Notes under the pieces: generated by a model
What the model was told of the DNA's origin: nothing
Database searches by the model: none
The model's input: only the letters and a program-made list of their open reading frames with translations
Position numbers and translations under genes: made by a program
Assembly: GCA_951406725.2 (NCBI GenBank)
Contig: OX597814.1
Coordinates: forward strand, 65,844,001 to 65,908,000
DNA length: 64,000 nt
From: Octopus vulgaris
Lineage: Eukaryota
Reading direction: 5' to 3'
In this document: positions 56,940 to 64,000 of the stretch, one piece after another
How the letters are laid out: every line of letters starts with the position of its first letter
How positions within the stretch are numbered: the stretch's first letter is position 1

Positions 56940-57150
56940 TCTTTGATTCTTTTATTTGTTTCAGTCATTTGACTACGGGCCTGCTGGAGCACCGCTTTTA
57001 GTCCAACAAATGAACCCCAGGAATTATTCTTTGTAAATCTAGTACGTATTATATCGGTCTCTTCTGCCGAACTGTTACATTACGGAGACATAAACACACC
57101 AATATCGGCTGTCAAGTGATGATGGCGGGGATGGGGGGAAACACAAATAA
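56940..57150 (-). mobile_element. SINE family C, 3' half
   Basis: tgtttcagtcatttgact..gctggagcaccgc..cggtctcttctgccgaac..cggctgtcaag. Confidence 0.8.
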
Positions 57151-57449
57151 ACATATATGCAAGAGTAAAGAGAGAGAGAGAGAGAGAGAGAGAGGCACAA
57201 ATAAAGAAAATGCTCCTTGGAAATATTATTTTTAAATACTTTTCATTGAATTTTTCCACAATTTAATTGTTTTCCATACTTAGAGTTGAAAAAGTCTCAA
57301 TGACTGAAACCGGTGCTAAAATATTTTTCATGATAAAATTATTCCAGCATTTTCTATCTTGACTCCATATATATATATATATATATAAATATATATATAT
57401 ATACATACATACACACACACACACACATACACACATACACACATATATA

Positions 57450-57817
57450 TATATATAATATAATATCCGTTCTGTCTGTCTCTGTGTGTGTCTTCTAGGA
57501 TCTCGGGTATCCTCCCTCCGATTGCGGTCAAATTTGATATGTAGATACCGACGATATCAGGGCGTGTATAAGTTTTGAAAGAATTACAAAATTCAATTCC
57601 AGGTGAGAATGCGGTTGATAAAGCCGTGGGAACGTGCATTTGTACGCACAAGTACATCAGTCGAAATCCGTCTTTTGCTGGTGTCTCAAATTTAGGTTAA
57701 ATCAGTGTTTCCCGAAGGGGAGGCCTATGGGACGGTCGGACAAGTTGTTTCGAGAAAATTTGGTTTAAATGTTTGACAACTCAGCACCGTCCATTGGACG
57801 GGGGACGTATTCGCTCG
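57450..57817 (+). mobile_element. Non-autonomous Helitron (second family)
   Basis: 5' tatataatataatatccgttctgtctgtc, ccgattgcggtcaaatttg motif, perfect 3' hairpin ccgtcca-t-tggacgg (57787-57801), terminus CTCG|T (CTAG variant), in (TA)n. Confidence 0.65.
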
Positions 57818-57827
57818 TATATATATA

Positions 57828-57947
<120 letters not shown>

Positions 57948-58049
57948 GTTAATCCAAACATGAAAACACAAAGAGAAAACACACCAGCCCGAGGACGTGG
58001 AACAAGTATAGTGTTATTGGACGCTCAGGAAAGGAAAGAAAGAAGGAGA

Positions 58050-58084
58050 ATTTAACGTTTCGAGCGGAGCTCTTCGTCAGAAAC
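58050..58084 (-). ncRNA. Minimal type I hammerhead ribozyme motif (PLE-associated)
   Basis: Minus strand gttt-CTGACGA-a-gagc-tcc-gctc-GAAA-CG-TT-aaat: intact core, 4-bp stem II, palindromic ACGT stem III. Confidence 0.7.
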
Positions 58085-58213
58085 ATAGGAAAAGACACTT
58101 GCCGAAGGCCCGACGCAGTGGGACTGAAACCAGAACCATGTGGCTGGTAAGCAAGCTACTTATCACATAGACACTGCTGTGCATAAACGAGTACACCCAC
58201 AAAACTATCACAA

Positions 58214-58255
<42 letters not shown>

Positions 58256-58266
58256 ATATATATATA

Positions 58267-58561
58267 GTGACGCGTATTTGCCATTTGAATATGGCTAACC
58301 CATAAGGGTGGATGCTACTGTAGTTTGTAGCCCCAGGAAGATATCTCCTCCAGCTGGCTATAGACACACTATCTGTGTTCTCTCAATATTTGTTGAAGAC
58401 GGGGAGGATGACTCCCCTTCACAAATACTGAGAGGACACGATATCTTCCTGGGGCTACAAACTACAGTAGCATCCACCTTTATGGGTTAGCCATATTCAA
58501 ATGGCAAATACGCGTCACGATGTGTTACCGCTACTGTTTATAACTCGCTCTGAGATTTATC

Positions 58562-58563
<2 letters not shown>
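58267..58563 (+). mobile_element. TA-flanked fold-back element with nested hairpin
   Basis: 79-bp arms 58267-58345 / 58440-58518 (1 mismatch), inner arms around ggggag-gatga-ctcccc, 45-bp right extension. Confidence 0.8.
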
Positions 58564-58606
<43 letters not shown>

Positions 58607-58795
58607 TACAAAATTAGAGAATGGAGAAACATACTTAAATCAGTAAAACATCAACTATCCGATGATACTCAATCCATACTTTAATACACCATTACATATG
58701 AGTAAAGGCAATATATAAAATGAAATGAGATATACAGTAATAGTAAAAAGATAAAGAGATATAAGTAAAAATTTCAAATATAATATGCAAATAAA

Positions 58796-58915
58796 TCAAA
58801 ACTGACAGCTGTTTCGGCAGTGAGGACAGTCATACCTCATTTAACCTATAAGCCATAAAGGCAGGTATAAATGAGGCATTAACAAGGATGCCCCACGGCC
58901 TCTTCAGAGAATTAA
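58796..58915 (-). ncRNA. Type I hammerhead ribozyme motif with extended stem II (mirror copy)
   Basis: Reverse complement of 59801-59920. Confidence 0.75.
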
Positions 58916-59248
58916 ATTAAATTTGTTATAATAGTGAAAAATATTATATAATCATATACATATAAATATAAAAATATAAAAATGTAAAATATAAAAACTT
59001 ATACATCATAATGCTACACTTATATAATATAATACACATTTGTACAAAAAAGGAAGGTAAACAGAACAAAATAAAACAAAATATATAACAGTGTATATAT
59101 TAATATTAATAAGTACCGATATTATACATATTTGGCTAATAGTTTTTTTTATAAAAAAAGGCTAACACATATGGAGATGAAAAATAATAATTAAATCCGT
59201 GGTACAGTTCATAAAGTTCTAAAGCTATAAAAGTTAATAAAAATTACT

Positions 59249-59306
<58 letters not shown>

Positions 59307-59410
59307 TAATAAAAATAGATACAGTTAAGTTAGCACCAAGTCCATCCTTTCGATCTTGAAAGGATGGACTTGGTGCTAACTTAACTGTATCTATTTTTAT
59401 TTTTTTTTTA

Positions 59411-59468
<58 letters not shown>

Positions 59469-59800
59469 AGTAATTTTTATTAACTTTTATAGCTTTAGAA
59501 CTTTATGAACTGTACCACGGATTTAATTATTATTTTTCATCTCCATATGTGTTAGCCTTTTTTTATAAAAAAACTATTAGCCAAATATGTATAATATCGG
59601 TACTTATTAATATTAATATATACACTGTTATATATTTTGTTTTATTTTGTTCTGTTTACCTTCCTTTTTTGTACAAATGTGTATTATATTATATAAGTGT
59701 AGCATTATGATGTATAAGTTTTTATATTTTACATTTTTATATTTTTATATTTATATGTATATGATTATATAATATTTTTCACTATTATAACAAATTTAAT

Positions 59801-59920
59801 TTAATTCTCTGAAGAGGCCGTGGGGCATCCTTGTTAATGCCTCATTTATACCTGCCTTTATGGCTTATAGGTTAAATGAGGTATGACTGTCCTCACTGCC
59901 GAAACAGCTGTCAGTTTTGA
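59801..59920 (+). ncRNA. Type I hammerhead ribozyme motif with ~85-nt stem II
   Basis: CTGAAGA 59809-59815; stem II 59816-59900 (ggc/gcc, gtgggg/cctcac, cctcattta/taaatgagg, acct/aggt, gcc/ggc); GAAA 59901-59904; palindromic stem III ACAGCTGT; GUC cleavage triplet ending 59912; weak stem I. Confidence 0.78.
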
Positions 59921-60284
59921 TTTATTTGCATATTATATTTGAAATTTTTTACTTATATCTCTTTATCTTTTTACTATTACTGTATATCTCATTTCATTTT
60001 ATATATTGCCTTTACTCATATGTAATGGTGTATTAAAGTATGGATTGAGTATCATCGGATAGTTGATGTTTTACTGATTTAAGTATGTTTCTCCATTCTC
60101 TAATTTTGTAGTATTAATTTACGGTAATATTATTACCTTTACCCATATAATACAATAGATGAACTGATTGTTTGACAATTTTTAACATCTATGTATTAAT
60201 TTTGTTGGGTACCTATCTAGCAGTATATTGGATATATATTATCCCATGGTGGGTTGAATTTTCAACCCCTATCTCATTTTATAA

Positions 60285-60331
<47 letters not shown>

Positions 60332-60332
60332 G

Positions 60333-60365
<33 letters not shown>

Positions 60366-60404
60366 GTATGTATGTATGTATGCATGTATGTATGTATGTA
60401 TGTA

Positions 60405-60775
60405 TAAAAATAGGATGAAATCTATAAGAATTTATGAAGCAGTCCGCTTGAAAAAACCTCGTAAGGGAAAAATTATAATTATTCCATTTAAAATATATTT
60501 ATTTATATTAAGGACATTACTACACTTGAATGATCACGCTATGAGGAACTCTTAAAGACAAAACTACCATAATAATTACAGTGGTATTTATGACGATTAA
60601 AAAGTGTATATTGTGCACAAATTATGAAATCATGTGATATGCGGCCGAATCTGTTTTTAAGTGGCTCGCTTCAAGAGTTGCATTCCCTCACGTTCTGTAC
60701 ACTGTAATTATCATGGTAGTTTTGATTTTAAAAGTCCCTCATATCGTGAGGCATTGAAGTGTCGTAATGCCCTTA

Positions 60776-60785
<10 letters not shown>
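60405..60785 (-). mobile_element. Microsatellite-flanked fold-back element (~88-bp arms, ~110-bp spacer, left extension)
   Basis: ~60497-60585 is about 85% reverse-complementary to ~60698-60785; the family also occurs without the inversion at 14292-14520. Confidence 0.7.
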
Positions 60786-60844
<59 letters not shown>

Positions 60845-61263
60845 TGTGTATGTGTGTGTTTATATATATATATATATGTGTGTGTGTGTGCTTGTATCAT
60901 ATCTATACGGTAATGCATTCTTCCATACGAATCGAAACATGTCTTTAATATTTGCCGAGTATTGCTTGAAATTTGTATGTAACACACACACAAGCAAACA
61001 CATATACACACACGTATGCACACGTGCGTGCTCATATATGCATGCATTTGGATAAGTATTGAATATTCCCGACTTGAATTTCACGCAGACATTATCCTCT
61101 CACTTGCTGCTAGTTTCGATAACTTATATATTTTACAGCTAGCATTGGCCACTTCTCTCTCATTTGTTCGAGAATTTCAGTGTTCGTACATATATCATGT
61201 TGAACCGTTAATCCATTCTCATATTATTTCTATCTCCGTTTTTTCCTTTTTTTACCACTTAAT

Positions 61264-61300
61264 CTTTTCTGTCGAAGAGCGTAGGCTCGAAACGTGAAAG
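61264..61300 (+). ncRNA. Degenerate minimal hammerhead-like motif in a PLE-type 3' segment
   Basis: ctttt-CTGTCGA-a-gagc-gtag-gctc-GAAA-CG-TG-aaag; non-canonical core and NUG site; related decayed copy at 28444-28478 (-). Confidence 0.5.
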
Positions 61301-61455
61301 GCTTTTCCAGAGCGTTACACTAATACACCTGCTTGTTGTTTCCTCACCTGACTCCGTCTTTCGTTTTCTGTGAATTTGAACTATATATATGCAAATATTC
61401 GAATGGTTATACATATGCATATACGTGTGTGTATGTATATGTACAAATGTATGTA

Positions 61456-62747
61456 CGAGGGACGTTCAATAAGTAATGCCTCTGACCCACTTGCAGTATT
61501 TTGATCTAGCTGAAATTTTGCATGTGTAATCATTTATATCTCTATAGAGTAAATGGCAAATTATAGCTCTGAATTAATTGTGGTTTCTGATTTACAGGTG
61601 TTTGAACTGAGTCAAGTGTGAAATGGAGCCTGTTGAGTGTCGAGCAGTGATCCGGTTTTTGTATTTGAAAGGATGCACACCACGGGAGACTTTTGATGAA
61701 ATGAAAGTAACTTATGGTGATGATGCCCCACCATATGACCTTGTAAAACGCTGGCATCGTGAATTCAAACATGGTCGGAACTCTGTGGAAACAGCTCCCA
61801 GATCTGGTCGCCCCTTCTGCCATTGATGAGGCATCTGTCCGTCAAGTTGAGGCTGCCATTTTGGAAGATCGACGCATAATTATTCGCCGAATAGCCCATG
61901 AGGTCAAGATTAGTACCGGGTCTGTGGAAACTATCCTTCATGACTATTTGCATATGCAAAAGGTGTCTGCCAGATGGATTCCCAGGTTGCTCACGCCTTT
62001 CCAGAAGCAAGAACGTGTCGAGTGCTCGAAGGGGAATTTGGAGATGTGCCAAGAAGATGAGTCAAAATTTTTCAAAAGACTGATTACACAGGATGAAACC
62101 TGGGTCCATCACGATGATCCTGAGACCAAAGCCCAGTCAATGCAGTGGAAGCACCGTGATTCACCCCCCCTCCAAAGAAGGCAAGGGTGCAGCCCTCCGC
62201 TGGCAAGGTCATGCTGACAGTCTTCTGGGACCAGGACGGAGTAATGATGACAGATTTCCTGGCAAAGGGTACCACAATTGCAGGAGCCTATTATGCTTCA
62301 CTTTTGAGGAAATTAAGAGAAGTTATCAAAATCAAGAGGTGGGGCAAGATCAGCAAAGACGTCCTCCTCCTGCAGGACAACGTTCCGGTCCACAACTCGC
62401 TTGTCGCCAGATCAGAAGCACGGGCGTATGGCTATGAACTCCTCCCCCAACCCCCTACTTTCCTGACCTTGCACCCTCTGATTTCCACCTCTTCCCAGTC
62501 ATGAAGTTGTTTTTGAAAGGAAAGCGTTTCTCAGATGATGCAGCCTTGATTTCTGAAGTCACGTCGTGGTTGGAGGACCAAGCTGGGATCTTCTACAAAA
62601 ACGGTCTCCAGAGCTGCATCAAACGATGGGAGAAATGCGTAACTCTGGGTGGTTCCTATGTAGAAAAAGACTAAAAACTGTACCAAGTTTCGTTGCTCTA
62701 CTGCTATGGCAAGTGAGTCAGGGGCATTACTTATTGAACGCCCCTCG
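61456..62747 (+). mobile_element. Full-length mariner DNA transposon (DD34D), copy 2
   Basis: TIRs cgagggacgttcaataagtaatgcctctgaccc / gagtcaggggcattacttattgaacgcccctcg, TA flanks; clearly the same family as 18594-19861. Confidence 0.97.
61623..62674 (+). pseudogene. Mariner transposase, frameshifted
   Basis: WIPRLL, TQDETW, QDNVP..(34 aa)..DLAPSDF; three frameshifts, no in-frame stop once corrected. Confidence 0.93.
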
Positions 62748-63006
62748 TATGTGTTTCTTCATCCATAAGACCTTAGTGATCTTATTAATTTCGGGTTGGA
62801 AGACAGGAAAAAACGTCTAAATGACTGACGATTCAAGTTTAAGGTCTTCTTCAGAAAGTGTCTATAGAAAGAAAAACAAAAATATGGTATGCTTACAAGA
62901 CCGCACACGCACACATGCGTGTGTGTGGTGTATGCATGTTTTTACCTATATATATATATTTGTGTGTGTGTGCGCGTGTGTGTGTGCGCGTGTGTGTGTG
63001 TGCATT

Positions 63007-63060
<54 letters not shown>

Positions 63061-63863
63061 GTGTGTTTGTGTGTGTGCGCGCGGTGTGTGTGTCTGTGGT
63101 GTTAAAAATTTTCGTTACACTGGAATTAGTGCAAGGAATTTACAGATGTTATTGTCAGTTTATGCTACAAAACGCATCTGTGCTTGTATATATGTATATT
63201 TCTGACACTGAAATATCATTAGTATGTTTCCGTCAAACTGAAAGAAGATACTCCCGCCAGTAGTTTTGACTCTGAGTAAATTCATATTTCTTCATTACAT
63301 TATACTTTATTTTATTCTTGCTTGTCATTTTGACATTGTCTTCATGCTTTTGAGTGAATAGCCTGGATACCCGTTTAAAACTATTTGTAAATTCGGTTAT
63401 TGAAACTTAGGTGGTGTTTTATCCGAGACTTTTCTGTTTAGTTTCATTCCGTGCACAGTGGATGCACGGTATATCCATTATAGCCTTTCATTCTTAGATG
63501 ATTATGATTTGAGAGTAATTTGGTTGCTATTTCTAGCTAGTGAAGCAAATATTTACAGACTCCATCATTGGCTCCTTGTAGATGCAGTTATTTTTGAGCA
63601 CGAGATGAAACCTGGTCGAGTAACTCGATGATCAAAAGCATTTCAACTACGAATATTCTGTCTTTGTTTTAACAGACATAGTCATAGTATCCCTAGTAAC
63701 AGACATAGTCATAGTCATAGTATCCTTACGTCTATATTATCTAATGTATTCCTTCTAATTGTAGTGTCTGATTTTGGTGAAAGAGATTTGCTCTCTATCT
63801 CGCTTTCTCTCTCTCTCTCTTACACTCACCCCCTCTCTCTCTCTTTCACCTATATATATATAT

Positions 63864-64000
63864 TTAAAATATGTGAAAAGCTTTATCAGGGATGACCTAG
63901 ACATGCTGAATTACCTCCCGAAGACAGTAAAGGAAGGAACCCTGCTGGTATCTTTCGATATGGTGAATCTGTACACCAATATCCCACACGACTACTGTAT
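63864..64000 (+). pseudogene. Penelope-like reverse transcriptase fragment (5'-truncated, runs off the window)
   Basis: Open frame LKYVKSFIRDDLDMLNYLPKTVKEGTLLVSFDMVNLYTNIPHDYC matches the PLE RT motif (S.I.D..D..LVSFDV.SLYTNIP); begins right after a (TA)n tract. Confidence 0.85.

Larger units (their letters stand above)
58603..60114. repeat. ~1.5 kb near-perfect palindrome (arms 58603-59351 and 59358-60114, 6-nt loop GATCTT)
   Basis: Arms are reverse complements; the differences I spotted are homopolymer/microsatellite lengths. Confidence 0.97.

Overview
AT-rich eukaryotic non-coding DNA saturated with microsatellites ((TA)n, (TG)n, (TATG)n, (GATA)n, (TAA)n). The repeat and SINE landscape strongly resembles an Octopus/cephalopod genome (inference, not searched). 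I found no convincing host protein-coding gene; almost all long ORFs in the track are microsatellite read-through. The interpretable content is transposon-derived: two full-length DD34D mariner copies, a maT-like transposase remnant, an internally deleted Tc1/mariner element, two non-autonomous Helitrons, a solo LTR with a 4-bp TSD, and fragments of Penelope-like (PLE), RLE-type (R4/Dong-like), RTE and Tx1/L1 retrotransposons. There are also possible decayed hAT remnants and at least three abundant SINE families. The most striking signal is a recurrent architecture in several unrelated sequence families: short non-coding elements in (TA)n tracts with an asymmetric fold-back (inverted duplication plus a one-sided extension), some carrying hammerhead ribozyme motifs. 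The largest is a ~1.5 kb near-perfect palindrome (58603-60114) with a type I hammerhead in each arm that has an 85-nt stem II. Coordinates of decayed elements are approximate, and all alignments were done by eye.
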